NCBI GenBank assembly: GCA_012965955.1
Contig: DTRK01000002.1
Coordinates: forward strand, 1-46,400
Length of the DNA: 46,400 nucleotides
Direction: 5' to 3'
Source of the DNA: Flavobacteriales bacterium
GTDB lineage: Bacteria > Bacteroidota > Bacteroidia > NORP154
The first letter of the stretch is position 1; every line of letters starts with the position of its first letter. Positions 18,552-31,117 of this stretch are shown piece by piece. Under the pieces are notes generated by a model. It worked only from the letters and a program-made list of their open reading frames with translations. It was not told the DNA's origin and did not search any database. A program made the position numbers and the translations under genes.

Positions 18552-19859
18552 TTATTGTATCCTTTTGATTTCAGCCCCCAGTGCATTCAGCCGTGTATCG
18601 ATGTCTTGGTAGCCTCTATCAATTTGCTCAATATTGTGTATCACGCTGGTCCCCTCTGCTGACATGGCAGCGATGAGCAATGAGACACCGGCTCGAATAT
18701 CCGGAGACGTCATTTCAATTGCCCTGAGTTTTACAGCACGATTCAATCCTATAACTGTTGCACGGTGAGGGTCACAAAGTATGATTTGGGCACCCATATC
18801 AATTAATTTGTCTACAAAGAAGAGGCGGCTTTCAAACATCTTTTGATGAAACAGCACGCTTCCTTTCGCCTGGGTTGCAATTACCAAGCCAATACTCAAC
18901 AAATCAGGAGTGAAGCCGGGCCAGATAGCGTCAGCGATCGTTAATATGGATCCATCGATATAGGTTTCAACTGTGTATGAATCTTGCTGTGGAATGTGAA
19001 TGTCGTCACCACGACGTTCCTGCACAATCCCCAGTTTCCCGAAAACATCTGGAATAACCCCCAGGTCATCATACGACACATTCTTGATGGTGATTTCCGA
19101 TTGAGTCATGGCCGCCATGCCGATAAAACTGCCAATTTCAATCATGTCTGGTAAAATTCTGTGCTCACAACCTCCCAAGCTATCAACACCTTCAACAATC
19201 AAGAGGTTAGAGCCAATTCCGGATATGTTGGCACCCATGGAATTGAGCATTTTACTCAGCTGTTGGATGTAGGGTTCACAAGCTGCATTGTAAATGCTGG
19301 TTTTGCCTTTTGCCAGTACGGCAGCCATAAGGATATTGGCTGTTCCTGTCACTGATGCCTCATCAAGCAACATGGAAGCTCCTTGTAACTTATCGGCCTC
19401 TACCTTGTAAAAATTCTCTTTCTGGTCGTAGGTAAACGTTGCTCCAAGATTTTGGAATCCTGTAAAATGGGTGTCTAGTCTTCTTCTTCCGATTTTATCT
19501 CCACCTGGGGCAGGGATAAAGCCTTTTCCAAATCTTGCCAACATCGGGCCAACGATCATGATTGAGCCCCGAAATCGGCCTCCATGTTCCTTGAACTGGT
19601 CAGATTTTATATATTCAAAATCTATTTCAGCAGCTTCAAAGCTGTATTTGTTGTCTTCCAGCTGCTCTACGCTTACTCCAAGCTGATCAAGTAAATCGAT
19701 TAAAAACAACACATCCCTAATTCGGGGTATGTTGTTGATGATCACCTTTTCTGGAGTAAGAAGAACACAACAAAGCACCTGTAGCGCCTCGTTCTTGGCT
19801 CCTTGTGGATGCAAATCACCCTTTAACTGGCAACCGCCCTTAATTTCGAAAGTAGCCAT
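18552..19859 (-). CDS. murA: UDP-N-acetylglucosamine 1-carboxyvinyltransferase
   Basis: 435 aa, with EPSP-synthase-fold motifs (GAKNEALQVL, PGGDKIGRRRLDTH, IDRGY). Confidence 0.93.
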   Translation of the reverse strand: MATFEIKGGCQLKGDLHPQGAKNEALQVLCCVLLTPEKVIINNIPRIRDVLFLIDLLDQLGVSVEQLEDNKYSFEAAEIDFEYIKSDQFKEHGGRFRGSIMIVGPMLARFGKGFIPAPGGDKIGRRRLDTHFTGFQNLGATFTYDQKENFYKVEADKLQGASMLLDEASVTGTANILMAAVLAKGKTSIYNAACEPYIQQLSKMLNSMGANISGIGSNLLIVEGVDSLGGCEHRILPDMIEIGSFIGMAAMTQSEITIKNVSYDDLGVIPDVFGKLGIVQERRGDDIHIPQQDSYTVETYIDGSILTIADAIWPGFTPDLLSIGLVIATQAKGSVLFHQKMFESRLFFVDKLIDMGAQIILCDPHRATVIGLNRAVKLRAIEMTSPDIRAGVSLLIAAMSAEGTSVIHNIEQIDRGYQDIDTRLNALGAEIKRIQ

Positions 19860-19876
19860 ATGCTAATTGTTGCTGC

Positions 19877-21181
19877 TTAGTTGATGTTCAGTTCCTTTTT
19901 AAGGAGCTCGGTAGTTGTAGAACTTGGACGCTCGATCGGAAGACCCAATGCACGGTCCCAGATCAATTGCGCCAATACGCCCAGGGCTCTTGAAACACCA
20001 AATAGTACCGTGTAAAAGTCGTATTCCGTCATTCCATAGTGTACCAGCAATGCTCCGGAATGTGCGTCTACATTGGGCCAGGGGTTTTTCACTTTCCCAG
20101 TAGCTTTCAATATATCAGGAACCACTTCATAGATCATATGAACTGTATCAATAAGATCGTCTTGTTCAATATAGCGCTTGGCAAACTCCAATTGCGCGGT
20201 ATAGCGGGGATCGGTTTTGCGTAAAACAGCGTGGCCATATCCGGGTACCACCTTACCTTCCTTAAGTGTTTTCTCAACGTAAGCTGTAATCTGATCTTTG
20301 TTTGGTTTACCACCACCCAGCTCTTGTTTCATTTCCAGGATCCAACGAACAACTTCTTGATTGGCCAAGCCGTGCAAAGGACCTGCGAGACCATTCATTC
20401 CTGAGCTGAACGCCAGGTATGCATCACTTAAAGCCGATCCCACCAGGTGTGTTGCGTGAGCTGAAACATTGCCACCTTCGTGATCTGAGTGAATGGTCAT
20501 ATATAATCGCATTAATCGCTTAAACTCATCGCTATCGAATCCCAGCATATGGGCGAAGTTTGCCGCCCAATCCAATTTTGGATCTGGTTCTATGTGGTTG
20601 CCGTCGTGGTACATTCTGCGATAGATATAAGCAGCTATTCGCGGCAAACGGGCGATTAGATTCATTACATCTTCATAGGTAGAATCCCAATAGTCTTTTT
20701 TGGCAAGATCGTGATACTTGTTAGCAAACTCCGATTCTGTTCCAAGTGCAAGAATTGCTGCTGAGAACTGAGTCATTGGCTGCGTCTTAACAGGCAGTGC
20801 GTCCAGAACATTGAAAACATGCTTGGGAACAATTGCCCTTCGTGCCCAGTTATTGCTTACCCCAATGACGTCCTCTTCGGTAGGCAGTTCGCCGATTAGC
20901 ATTAGATAGAAGATGCCCTCTGGTAGAGGTTCAAACCCACCGGGAGCCTTTGGCAGTTGCTCTCTCAGCTCTGGAATGGAATATCCCCTGAATCGTATTC
21001 CTTCTGCAGGATCCAGCTTTGATGTTTCCGTTACCATGCCAACAATACCTTTCATGCCACCATACATTTGCGATAGCTTATAGTCTCCCATAATAGTATC
21101 ACCATGTGACTTGAGCATGTTTTTGATCTCGCCGGTCATGGGCAATGCCTTCTCTGCGAACTTTTCTTTTATCTTATCCAT
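19877..21181 (-). CDS. gltA: Citrate synthase (mitochondrial-like type)
   Basis: The [23 protein letters not shown]...[14 protein letters not shown] block closely resembles the mitochondrial citrate synthase active-site region as I remember it. Confidence 0.93.
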   Translation of the reverse strand: MDKIKEKFAEKALPMTGEIKNMLKSHGDTIMGDYKLSQMYGGMKGIVGMVTETSKLDPAEGIRFRGYSIPELREQLPKAPGGFEPLPEGIFYLMLIGELPTEEDVIGVSNNWARRAIVPKHVFNVLDALPVKTQPMTQFSAAILALGTESEFANKYHDLAKKDYWDSTYEDVMNLIARLPRIAAYIYRRMYHDGNHIEPDPKLDWAANFAHMLGFDSDEFKRLMRLYMTIHSDHEGGNVSAHATHLVGSALSDAYLAFSSGMNGLAGPLHGLANQEVVRWILEMKQELGGGKPNKDQITAYVEKTLKEGKVVPGYGHAVLRKTDPRYTAQLEFAKRYIEQDDLIDTVHMIYEVVPDILKATGKVKNPWPNVDAHSGALLVHYGMTEYDFYTVLFGVSRALGVLAQLIWDRALGLPIERPSSTTTELLKKELNIN

Positions 21182-21296
21182 CTCTATGCTATTGTATAAT
21201 TTTATTCACTTCTCAGGAGTTTATTCAAAAATCCGTGAAAAGCAGGTTGAATAGGCCTGAGGCTAATTTACTAATCTCCTGATTAATTTGCAAGAG

Positions 21297-23736
<2,440 letters not shown>

Positions 23737-23826
23737 TTGTCGTCTCGACTGTTTCTGTAAATCTGCTGGTACTTAAGCCGTTATTTAGTCGATCCTGGTA
23801 ACGCCAAAAACCTCAAAAGGATCGTA

Positions 23827-23834
23827 CAAAAGTA
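23827..23834 (-). promoter_or_regulatory. Candidate -7 promoter box (TACTTTTG) for carA
   Basis: It matches TAnnTTTG on the minus strand about 91 nt upstream of the carA ATG, with a TTG 17 nt further upstream. Confidence 0.3.
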
Positions 23835-24051
23835 CGGCATACATTTAAATGCAAGGCAATTTTTGTCAACAATAATCATCAAACAAGGAATCTGCCTGGG
23901 ACTCACACTGGTGCTGATTAAAATAGTGTAGAGATGACCCCTTGTTGCATCCGTCGGTTAGAGCCAGGCTGAGGATGAAGAGATGCTTAATACTTGCTTG
24001 CAAGGTTGCTTTGTCGTTTCACAAGCTTGATTAACGTGATGGCAAGAGTAT

Positions 24052-24084
24052 AAAAAACCCCGCTCCGTTTAGGGAAAGGGGTTT
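24052..24084 (-). terminator. Rho-independent terminator of the ribosomal superoperon (after rplQ)
   Basis: The minus strand reads AAACCCCTTTCCCTAAACGGAGCGGGGTTTTTT, a GC stem followed by a T6 run. It begins 28 nt after the rplQ stop. Confidence 0.75.
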
Positions 24085-24112
24085 CAATATTATCAGAGAA
24101 ATATAATAGCCT

Positions 24113-25066
24113 TTAGTCCTTCTTTTCTTCTTCCCCGGTTGACTCTTCTTCTGTAGCTTCTCCCTCTTTAGTTTCCTCTTCGACAGCTTCTCCCTCTTTA
24201 GTTTCCTCTTCGACAGCTTCTCCCTCTTTAGTTTCCTCTTCGACAGTTTCCTCTTCGACAGTTTCCTCTTCGACAGCTTCCTCTTCGACAGTTTCCTCTT
24301 CGACAGCTTCCTCTTCGACAGCTTCCTTGCTGGCCTCTTCTTCAGGCTCTTCTTCGGTAGTCGTTTCCTCAGCATCTGGCTCTTCCTCTTTCGTAGCGGC
24401 TTCAGAGGACACATCTGCTTCTTCTGGGGTATCAGTTGAATTTTCTTCCGTAGCCTCCACCTTTGTTGCCGCCTCAGCTGATTCCTCTGCAGGCTTGTCT
24501 TGTTTCACCTCTTCTACCTCCTCAATGATCTCGGCATCTTCTACAGATGGCTTGTCTTCTGCTTTCGCGTCCTCCTTCGCTGGCGCTTCGGCGGACAGGC
24601 CGGTTTTAGCCGGATCAGTAGCTCCGCTTCTTTTTTTGCTTCTTCCTCGACGTGTTCTAGGCTTCTTCTCAGCGGTACCAGCAGCTTTTGGCTCAGCTAG
24701 CATTGCCTCGTTAAAGTCTACCAATTCGATAAGACACATCTCGGCGTTATCCCCAAGTCGGTTACCAGTTTTGAGAATACGTGTATACCCGCCAGGACGA
24801 TCCGCAATCTTAGGTGCCACGTCTCTAAAAAGCTCAGTTACCGCATATTTGTCTCTGAGGTATCTGAACACCATTCTTCTCGAATGTGTGGTATCATCTT
24901 TAGCCCTTGTCAGCAATGGCTCAATAAAAGTCCTCAAAGCCTTAGCTTTAGCAACAGTAGTGTTGATTCGCTTATGCTTAAGGAGTGAAGATGCCATATT
25001 GGCCAACATCGCCTTCCTGTGAGGCGCTTTTCTGCTAAGGTGATTGAATTTCTTCCCGTGTCTCAT
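24113..25066 (-). CDS. rplQ: 50S ribosomal protein L17 with ~200-aa acidic C-terminal extension
   Basis: The L17 core [21 protein letters not shown]...[25 protein letters not shown] spans residues 1 to ~118. An E-rich low-complexity tail follows. Confidence 0.95.
   Translation of the reverse strand: MRHGKKFNHLSRKAPHRKAMLANMASSLLKHKRINTTVAKAKALRTFIEPLLTRAKDDTTHSRRMVFRYLRDKYAVTELFRDVAPKIADRPGGYTRILKTGNRLGDNAEMCLIELVDFNEAMLAEPKAAGTAEKKPRTRRGRSKKRSGATDPAKTGLSAEAPAKEDAKAEDKPSVEDAEIIEEVEEVKQDKPAEESAEAATKVEATEENSTDTPEEADVSSEAATKEEEPDAEETTTEEEPEEEASKEAVEEEAVEEETVEEEAVEEETVEEETVEEETKEGEAVEEETKEGEAVEEETKEGEATEEESTGEEEKKD
24156..24326. repeat. In-frame tandem repeat array inside rplQ: 3 x 30 nt, then ~5.4 x 15 nt
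   Basis: The unit gcttctccctctttagtttcctcttcgaca occurs at 24156, 24186 and 24216. The unit g(t/c)ttcctcttcgaca occurs at 24246, 24261, 24276, 24291 and 24306. Together they encode ([10 protein letters not shown])n and (EEE[A/T]V)n. Confidence 0.95.
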
Positions 25067-25102
25067 GGGTATGCTTGTAATAATTGTTATTCTTCTTCTC
25101 TC

Positions 25103-26092
25103 TTATCGCTCTATCTTGTACTTTGAGATATCCATACCAAAAGACAATCCTTTGGCATCAACAAGATCTTCCAATTCAGAAAGCGACTTCTTGCCAAAGT
25201 TTCTGAACTTCAATAAATCATTCTTATCAAACGAAACAAGGTCCCCCAATGTGTCTATCACAGCAGCCTTTAAGCAATTCAACGCCCTTACAGAAAGATC
25301 CAGGTCAGCTAATTTGGTCATCAACAGCTGTCGCATATGAAGTGATGATTCATCAAATTCCTCAGTAACCGACTTTTCTTCCACGTCCAGGGTGATTCTT
25401 TCGTCAGAGAATAGCATGAAGTGGTGGATTAGAATCTTAGCTGCTTCAGTCAATGCATCTTTTGGCTGAATTGATCCATCAGTGCTAATTTCAAAGATCA
25501 ACTTCTCATAGTCAGTCTTTTGCTCTACCCTGTAGTTCTCTACAGAATACTTCACATTCTTGATAGGTGTGTAGATTGAGTCAATTGGAATCAGTCCCAG
25601 GTTTCCGTTAAGCGGCTTATTATCTTCGGCTGGAACATATCCTCTTCCCTTATCAATGGATATTTCCATGTTTAGCTTTACAGACTTTTCCATGTTGCAG
25701 ATAACCAATTCTGGGTTCAGTATCTGGAATCCGGAGATAAACTTGCCTAGATCACCAGCTTTGAATTCTTCCTGGCCGGATACTGAAACAGTTACCTTTT
25801 CATTGTCAGTATCTTCAATTTGCTGCTTGAAGCGCACTTGCTTCAAGTTCAAGACGATTTCTGTAACGTCTTGAACAACGCCTTTGATAGTAGAGAATTC
25901 ATGATCAATACCTTCAAGTTTCACAGAAGTAATCGCAAAGCCCTCTAACGATGCCAGGAGAATCCTTCTCAATGCATTTCCTATTGTAATACCATAACCA
26001 GGTTCCAGAGGCCGAAACTCAAATGTTCCAACAGTTTCGGACGAATCCAACATTATTACTTTGTCTGGTTTTTGAAAAGCTAAAATTGCCAT
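25103..26092 (-). CDS. rpoA: DNA-directed RNA polymerase alpha subunit
   Basis: 329 aa, with GNALRRILL and a C-terminal-domain helix-hairpin-helix ([10 protein letters not shown]). It sits between rpsD and rplQ. Confidence 0.97.
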   Translation of the reverse strand: MAILAFQKPDKVIMLDSSETVGTFEFRPLEPGYGITIGNALRRILLASLEGFAITSVKLEGIDHEFSTIKGVVQDVTEIVLNLKQVRFKQQIEDTDNEKVTVSVSGQEEFKAGDLGKFISGFQILNPELVICNMEKSVKLNMEISIDKGRGYVPAEDNKPLNGNLGLIPIDSIYTPIKNVKYSVENYRVEQKTDYEKLIFEISTDGSIQPKDALTEAAKILIHHFMLFSDERITLDVEEKSVTEEFDESSLHMRQLLMTKLADLDLSVRALNCLKAAVIDTLGDLVSFDKNDLLKFRNFGKKSLSELEDLVDAKGLSFGMDISKYKIER

Positions 26093-26154
26093 TTTGTATA
26101 AGTGTTAAGTTTATTAATGTATTGTTTTCATTGACGCATACACGGCTATCAATA

Positions 26155-26760
26155 TTATTTAGAGTATAATTCCACAATTAATTGCTCCTTGATCGGCTCA
26201 GGAATTTCGTCTCTCTCAGGTACATTTAGAAACACTCCCGATAAGCTGGTCTGATCCCATTCTAACCATGAGTAAACGCTTGGGTTTTCTGCTAACGAAG
26301 CGTTAATTGACTCGTTAGATTTAGACTTCTCCCTAACTGCAATACGGTCACCTGCCTTCAGTTGGTAAGATGAGATATTGCAGACTTTGCCATTCACCGT
26401 AATGTGTTTGTGTCCTACCAATTGCCGAGCGCCAGCCCGGGTAGGGGATAGGCCCATTCTAAACACGGTATTGTCTAATCGAGATTCACACAATTGGAGC
26501 AGCAACACACCTGTAATGCCTCTTTTCCTTGAAGCTTTATCGAACAGATTAGCGAACTGACGCTCAAGAATACCGTAGGTATACTTTGCTTTTTGCTTCT
26601 CCATAAGTTGAATAGCGTATTCAGACTTCTTGCCCCTTCTCCTGTTGTTCCCGTGATGTCCCGGTGGATAAGACTTCTTCTCAAGAAATTTATCAGCTCC
26701 GTAGATCGGCTCTCCGAATTTTCTTGCAATTTTTGATTTTGGACCTATGTACTTTGCCAT
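26155..26760 (-). CDS. rpsD: 30S ribosomal protein S4
   Basis: [17 protein letters not shown] plus an S4 RNA-binding domain. The operon position fits. Confidence 0.97.
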   Translation of the reverse strand: MAKYIGPKSKIARKFGEPIYGADKFLEKKSYPPGHHGNNRRRGKKSEYAIQLMEKQKAKYTYGILERQFANLFDKASRKRGITGVLLLQLCESRLDNTVFRMGLSPTRAGARQLVGHKHITVNGKVCNISSYQLKAGDRIAVREKSKSNESINASLAENPSVYSWLEWDQTSLSGVFLNVPERDEIPEPIKEQLIVELYSK

Positions 26761-26799
26761 GTCTTGTAATTATCTTTCTTCTACTGTTATATATTTTAC

Positions 26800-27183
26800 T
26801 TAGACCCTCCTTCTCTTTGGAGGCCTACAGCCGTTATGTGGCATTGGTGTAACATCAACAATTTCAGTTACAACTATACCTGCATTGTGAATAGTTCTGA
26901 TAGCAGACTCTCGACCGCCACCAGGCCCCTTGACATATACCTTCACTTTCCTCAAACCCAGATCATATGCGGTTTGAGCGCAATCAGTTGCAGCTTGTGC
27001 TGCAGCATAGGGAGTGTTCTTTTTGGAACCCCTGAAGCCCTTTTTGCCAGCAGAAGACCATGAAATAACCTGACCTTGATTGTTGGTCAATGAAATTATG
27101 ATGTTGTTGAACGAAGCGTGAATATGCGCTTGCCCAAATGCTTCTACTTTTACTGTTTTCTTTTTTGAACTTGGTCTTGCCAT
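26800..27183 (-). CDS. rpsK: 30S ribosomal protein S11
   Basis: [18 protein letters not shown]...[12 protein letters not shown]...[13 protein letters not shown]. Confidence 0.97.
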   Translation of the reverse strand: MARPSSKKKTVKVEAFGQAHIHASFNNIIISLTNNQGQVISWSSAGKKGFRGSKKNTPYAAAQAATDCAQTAYDLGLRKVKVYVKGPGGGRESAIRTIHNAGIVVTEIVDVTPMPHNGCRPPKRRRV

Positions 27184-27196
27184 TGTTTTTCAGGTA

Positions 27197-27577
27197 TTAG
27201 CCTTTCATTATTTTTTTCTTGTTCGCTATGGTCTTCTTCCTGCCTTTTCGCGTGCGTGCGTTGTTCTTGGTCTTCTGGCCCCTTAAGGGTAGGCCAATTC
27301 TATGACGGATTCCCCTGTAACATCCGATATCTTGCAACCGTTTGATATTCACCTGTACTTCCGATCGAAGCTCACCTTCAATCTTTACCTTATCAGTGAT
27401 GATCTTTCTGATCGCAGCTTGTTGATCGTCGTTCCAATCCTTCACTTTGATATTCAAGTCGATTTTCGCCTCTTTTAGAATATTTGTTGCGGTGCGTTTA
27501 CCGATTCCAAAGATGTAGGTGAGGCCAATCTCGCCCCTCTTCTCCTTTGGTAGGTCTATTCCAGCTATTCGTGCCAT
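27197..27577 (-). CDS. rpsM: 30S ribosomal protein S13
   Basis: [26 protein letters not shown]...[26 protein letters not shown]. Confidence 0.97.
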   Translation of the reverse strand: MARIAGIDLPKEKRGEIGLTYIFGIGKRTATNILKEAKIDLNIKVKDWNDDQQAAIRKIITDKVKIEGELRSEVQVNIKRLQDIGCYRGIRHRIGLPLRGQKTKNNARTRKGRKKTIANKKKIMKG

Positions 27578-27619
27578 AAATCTCTTATTGGGTAATTATA
27601 TATTCAGATTTGCTTGTTC

Positions 27620-27736
27620 TTATCCTTGCCGTTGTTTGAACCGGGGGGTCTTCTTGTTGATTACAAACAATCGTCCCTTTCTTCGAACGATCTTGCAATC
27701 GACGCTTCTCTTTTTTATTGATGCTCTTGTTTTCAT
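27620..27736 (-). CDS. rpmJ: 50S ribosomal protein L36 (38 aa; not in ORF track)
   Basis: Hand translation of the minus strand gives [38 protein letters not shown] followed by a stop. It sits at the canonical position between infA and rpsM. Confidence 0.93.
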   Translation of the reverse strand: MKTRASIKKRSVDCKIVRRKGRLFVINKKTPRFKQRQG

Positions 27737-27748
27737 AACATTAATACT

Positions 27749-28012
27749 TTAGGACCTATCTCTCTTACGGTCCAGATCTTCAGCAGTTTCGCCAGGGCGA
27801 TACCGGTAGATTATTCTTCCTTTCGTTAAATCATAAGGAGACATTTCCAGCCTCACTTTATCCCCAGGTAATATCTTAATATAGTACATCCTCATTTTAC
27901 CTGAGATATGTGCCGTAATAATGTGACCATTTTCCAACTCAACGCGAAACATAGCATTTGATAATGCTTCTGTTATCGTTCCGTCCTGGACTATGGATTG
28001 TTGTTTAGCCAT
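27749..28012 (-). CDS. infA: Translation initiation factor IF-1 (with ~15-aa charged C-terminal tail)
   Basis: [50 protein letters not shown], followed by [16 protein letters not shown]. Confidence 0.95.
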   Translation of the reverse strand: MAKQQSIVQDGTITEALSNAMFRVELENGHIITAHISGKMRMYYIKILPGDKVRLEMSPYDLTKGRIIYRYRPGETAEDLDRKRDRS

Positions 28013-28017
28013 CTCTC

Positions 28018-28812
28018 TTAATGCACTAATTCCCGTTCATTTTTTTTTAGCTCCTCTTCGCAAAAATCGAATGAAGACAAAATATCAGCTCCGTTTGGTG
28101 TTATTGCCACCGTATGCTCATAATGGGCGGAAAGCGAACTATCGGTAGTTGTAATTGTCCAACCATCAGCTAAGCCCTGAACAGTGAATACACCTGCGTT
28201 TATCATTGGTTCAATGGCTATCACCATTCCCTCTTTTAGTTTTGCTCCAGTGCCTTGCTTTCCATAGTTAGGAACTTCTGGCTTTTCATGTAGATTCCTG
28301 CCCACTCCGTGCCCTACCAGATCACGTACAACAGAAAACCCATTAGTTTCAGCGTGTTTTTGTACTGCATATCCAATATCTCCAATCCTGTTTCCAATAA
28401 GTGCAACCCCGATCCCCTTGTAAAGGCATTCTTTGGTAATCTTCATGAGCTCAAGTGCTTCAGTGGACATATCGCCTATTGGGTACGTATATGCAGAATC
28501 ACCATAAAATCCATTCATCAACACGCCACAATCAACGGAAACGAGATCGCCTTCGCCTAAAACCCTGTCTCCAGGCATTCCGTGTACTACTTCCTCATTA
28601 ACTGAGATGCAAAGTGTCGACGGGTAGCCATTGTAGCCTTTAAAACCAGGTTTTCCACCATTGTCTAGAATAAACTCCTCTGCCATCTTATCTATCTCCT
28701 TAGTTGTAATGCCTGCCTTCATAATTTTTGCTATCTCACCATGCGTTTTGGCAACCAGCATATTGCTCTTTCTGAGCAGCTCAATTTCATCGTATGTCTT
28801 ATAGTAGATCAT
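28018..28812 (-). CDS. map: Type I methionine aminopeptidase
   Basis: Metal-ligand contexts VSVDCG, GDSAYTY, VGHGVG, AIEPM and EHTV. Confidence 0.95.
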   Translation of the reverse strand: MIYYKTYDEIELLRKSNMLVAKTHGEIAKIMKAGITTKEIDKMAEEFILDNGGKPGFKGYNGYPSTLCISVNEEVVHGMPGDRVLGEGDLVSVDCGVLMNGFYGDSAYTYPIGDMSTEALELMKITKECLYKGIGVALIGNRIGDIGYAVQKHAETNGFSVVRDLVGHGVGRNLHEKPEVPNYGKQGTGAKLKEGMVIAIEPMINAGVFTVQGLADGWTITTTDSSLSAHYEHTVAITPNGADILSSFDFCEEELKKNERELVH

Positions 28813-28822
28813 TGTGAGTCTA

Positions 28823-30163
28823 TTATTGAGTTGCCATATTTAGAGATGACCGGCCTTTAATTCTTCCAGATTTCATCAATCCATCGTAGTGACGCATCAA
28901 TAGGTGACTTTCCACTTGTTGTAGTGTGTCTAGCACAACACCCACCATAATGAGGAGGGATGTTCCTCCATAAAACTGAGCGAACTGACTATTGACACCA
29001 CCTAACATTGCAAAAGCCGGTAATATCGCAACCATTCCCAGGAACATTGATCCGGGCAGCGTGATTCTCGACATGATTGTATCGAGGAATTCCGCAGTTT
29101 GTCTACCAGGCTTAACCCCTGGTATGAAACCACCATTCCTCTTCATCTCTTCCGCCATATTACTTGGATTGACCGTAATGGCTGTATAGAAGTATGTAAA
29201 TAGAATAATCATGATGAAAAAGATGGCGTTATACCAGAATCCCTGAAAATCTGTGAGCGCTGCCATGACTCCTTGTAGTGCATTTGAGTCTGAAAAACTT
29301 GCGAATGTCATAGGCACGAACATAATGGCTTGCGCAAAGATGATAGGCATTACACCTGCCGCATTTACTTTAAGGGGGATATACTGGCGCACACCACCAT
29401 ATTGCTTGTTTCCTACTACTCGCTTGGCAAATTGGACTGGCACACGCCTGGTACCCTGAACAAGTAATATTGTAACGACGATCACTAATAGAAGGAAGAC
29501 CATCTCCACAAGGAACATTACCATTCCACCACCCTGCTCTTCCAGCCTCTTGGCGAACTCAGCTGCAAATGCGAAGGGCAGACTGGAAATAATACCGATC
29601 ATGATCAACAGTGATATGCCGTTACCGATTCCCTTATCCGTTATTTTCTCGCCTAACCACATTACGAACAATGTACCTGTGGTAAGGATGATAACCGATG
29701 ATATGGTAAAGAAGAAGCTGGGGCCCCCAATGATGGCTGCATCAGGCACTTGCGTTGCTATATAACCAGGAGCCTGTCCAAACGTTATTACTACAGTAAG
29801 CAGTCTAGTGATCTGGTTGATTTTCCTTCTACCGCTCTCACCTTCCTTCTGCATTCGCTGGAAATAGGGAATGGCAACACCTAACAACTGAATCACAATG
29901 GATGCAGAGATATAAGGCATGATTCCAAGAGCGAATATGGATGCCCTCGAAAAGGCTCCACCCGCGAACATGTTCAGTAGGCCAGCCAATCCGCCACCAG
30001 ATGAGTTCCTGTTTAAATCTTCCAGTATTACCGGGTCAACCCCTGGCAACACAACATATGAGCCCAAACGATAAATAAGAATCAAGCCCAAGGTGGCCAA
30101 AATCCGGTTCCTCAGATCTTCGATCTTATAAATGTTCCTCAATGTTTCAAAAAATCCCTTCAT
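28823..30163 (-). CDS. secY: Preprotein translocase subunit SecY
   Basis: 446 aa with 10 TM helices, GIMPYISASIVIQLL, and the expected operon position. Confidence 0.97.
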   Translation of the reverse strand: MKGFFETLRNIYKIEDLRNRILATLGLILIYRLGSYVVLPGVDPVILEDLNRNSSGGGLAGLLNMFAGGAFSRASIFALGIMPYISASIVIQLLGVAIPYFQRMQKEGESGRRKINQITRLLTVVITFGQAPGYIATQVPDAAIIGGPSFFFTISSVIILTTGTLFVMWLGEKITDKGIGNGISLLIMIGIISSLPFAFAAEFAKRLEEQGGGMVMFLVEMVFLLLVIVVTILLVQGTRRVPVQFAKRVVGNKQYGGVRQYIPLKVNAAGVMPIIFAQAIMFVPMTFASFSDSNALQGVMAALTDFQGFWYNAIFFIMIILFTYFYTAITVNPSNMAEEMKRNGGFIPGVKPGRQTAEFLDTIMSRITLPGSMFLGMVAILPAFAMLGGVNSQFAQFYGGTSLLIMVGVVLDTLQQVESHLLMRHYDGLMKSGRIKGRSSLNMATQ

Positions 30164-30182
30164 CAGATTTCAATCAAATTCT

Positions 30183-30893
30183 TTACGCTTTCTCCTCTCC
30201 AGCTACTTTTTCTTTTTCTTTTTCTTTTTCTTCAACTGGAGTTTCATCCTTTGCCTTATCGTCTGTTGATTCATTTTTAGCCCCTCCCGCCTTTTTTTCT
30301 GCCTCTGGTTCCCGTTCCTGGCTTTCCTCTTCCTTGCTTTCCTCCTTTTCTTCACCTTTTTCCCCTGCCGCTTCATTAGCTGTCGGAGCTGCTACTCTGG
30401 GCTTAGTCTTTTTACGCGGCTTATTTACCTTTTTTCCTCTTCTACCTGGAAGCTCTATGGCGGTTCCTCCTGCACTTTCAATGGCTTTTTTCGCCGTTTC
30501 GGAAAACGCGTTGGCAGTAATTTCCAATTTCGCCTTTAGCTCACCTCTTCCGAGGATCTTTACTAAATCGTTCTTAGAAACCAGGCCGTTTTCGTGCAGC
30601 ACTTCCTTGTCAACCTTCTTGACTTTCTTATTCTCAGCAAGAGCCTGCAGCGTATCAAGATTGATACCTTTATAGGCTATTCTATTTATGTTCTTGAAGC
30701 CAAACTTTGGCACCCTGGTTTGAAGAGGCTGCTGTCCGCCTTCAAAGCCAGACTTCCGAGAATATCCAGAGCGAGACTGCTGGCCTTTATGTCCTCTCCC
30801 AGCAGTACCGCCTTTAGTGGAACCCTGGCCTCTTCCAAGTCTTTGGTTTTTCTTAATTGATCCTTTGGCCGGTTTTAAATTGCTTAAATCCAT
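30183..30893 (-). CDS. rplO: 50S ribosomal protein L15 with ~88-aa K/E-rich C-terminal extension
   Basis: The L15 core is [12 protein letters not shown]...[12 protein letters not shown]...AGGTAIEL. A charged tail follows to residue 236. Confidence 0.95.
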   Translation of the reverse strand: MDLSNLKPAKGSIKKNQRLGRGQGSTKGGTAGRGHKGQQSRSGYSRKSGFEGGQQPLQTRVPKFGFKNINRIAYKGINLDTLQALAENKKVKKVDKEVLHENGLVSKNDLVKILGRGELKAKLEITANAFSETAKKAIESAGGTAIELPGRRGKKVNKPRKKTKPRVAAPTANEAAGEKGEEKEESKEEESQEREPEAEKKAGGAKNESTDDKAKDETPVEEKEKEKEKVAGEEKA

Positions 30894-30910
30894 TGTCTTG
30901 TTATATCGTA

Positions 30911-31090
30911 TTATGCTCCTTCGACAGCAACCAGATGGCTAACTTTGTTGACCATTCCAAGTATCTGTGGGGTTCCTTCATGCTCAACTACCTGATGCAT
31001 TTTTTTGATCCCCAGAGCCTCAAGCGTTCTTTTCTGGCGCTTAGTGCTGTTGATTTTACTCTTGATCTGTTTTACTTTAATTTTTGCCAT
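30911..31090 (-). CDS. rpmD: 50S ribosomal protein L30 (59 aa; not in ORF track)
   Basis: Hand translation gives [59 protein letters not shown] followed by a stop. It sits between rpsE and rplO. Confidence 0.92.
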   Translation of the reverse strand: MAKIKVKQIKSKINSTKRQKRTLEALGIKKMHQVVEHEGTPQILGMVNKVSHLVAVEGA

Positions 31091-31117
31091 CTTCTTAATG
31101 TGTTATGCTCAACGGCT

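Noticed and set aside
23956-23964. GGTTAGAGC, a tRNA D-loop-like string in the carA-rplQ gap
   Set aside because: There is no matching D-stem 5' half, no GTTCRANYC T-loop, and no acceptor-stem complementarity nearby, so it is not a tRNA.
24031-24414. 127-aa ORF on the minus strand encoding (KRKLS)n / [10 protein letters not shown] repeats
   Set aside because: It is an alternative reading frame of the rplQ tandem-repeat region on the same strand. It runs through the rplQ stop and the terminator hairpin, and its periodic composition is a by-product of the 15/30-nt DNA repeats.
24327-25022. 231-aa Ser-rich ORF antisense to rplQ
   Set aside because: It is a shadow ORF opposite a well-supported gene. 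It has low-complexity Ser/Ala composition and no motifs. The antisense ORFs at 16307-16855 (opposite dnaJ), 30142-30675 (opposite rplO), 6278-6745 (opposite pheT), 4839-5327 and 35934-36359 are rejected on the same logic.
27620-27736. L36 lacks the zinc-ribbon ligands (only Cys14 remains of the CxxC...CxxxH pattern), and S14 is the long non-zinc form
   Set aside because: To my knowledge the main-operon L36 of Bacteroidota is normally of this zinc-free type, so it is a lineage trait rather than a zinc-starvation paralogue.
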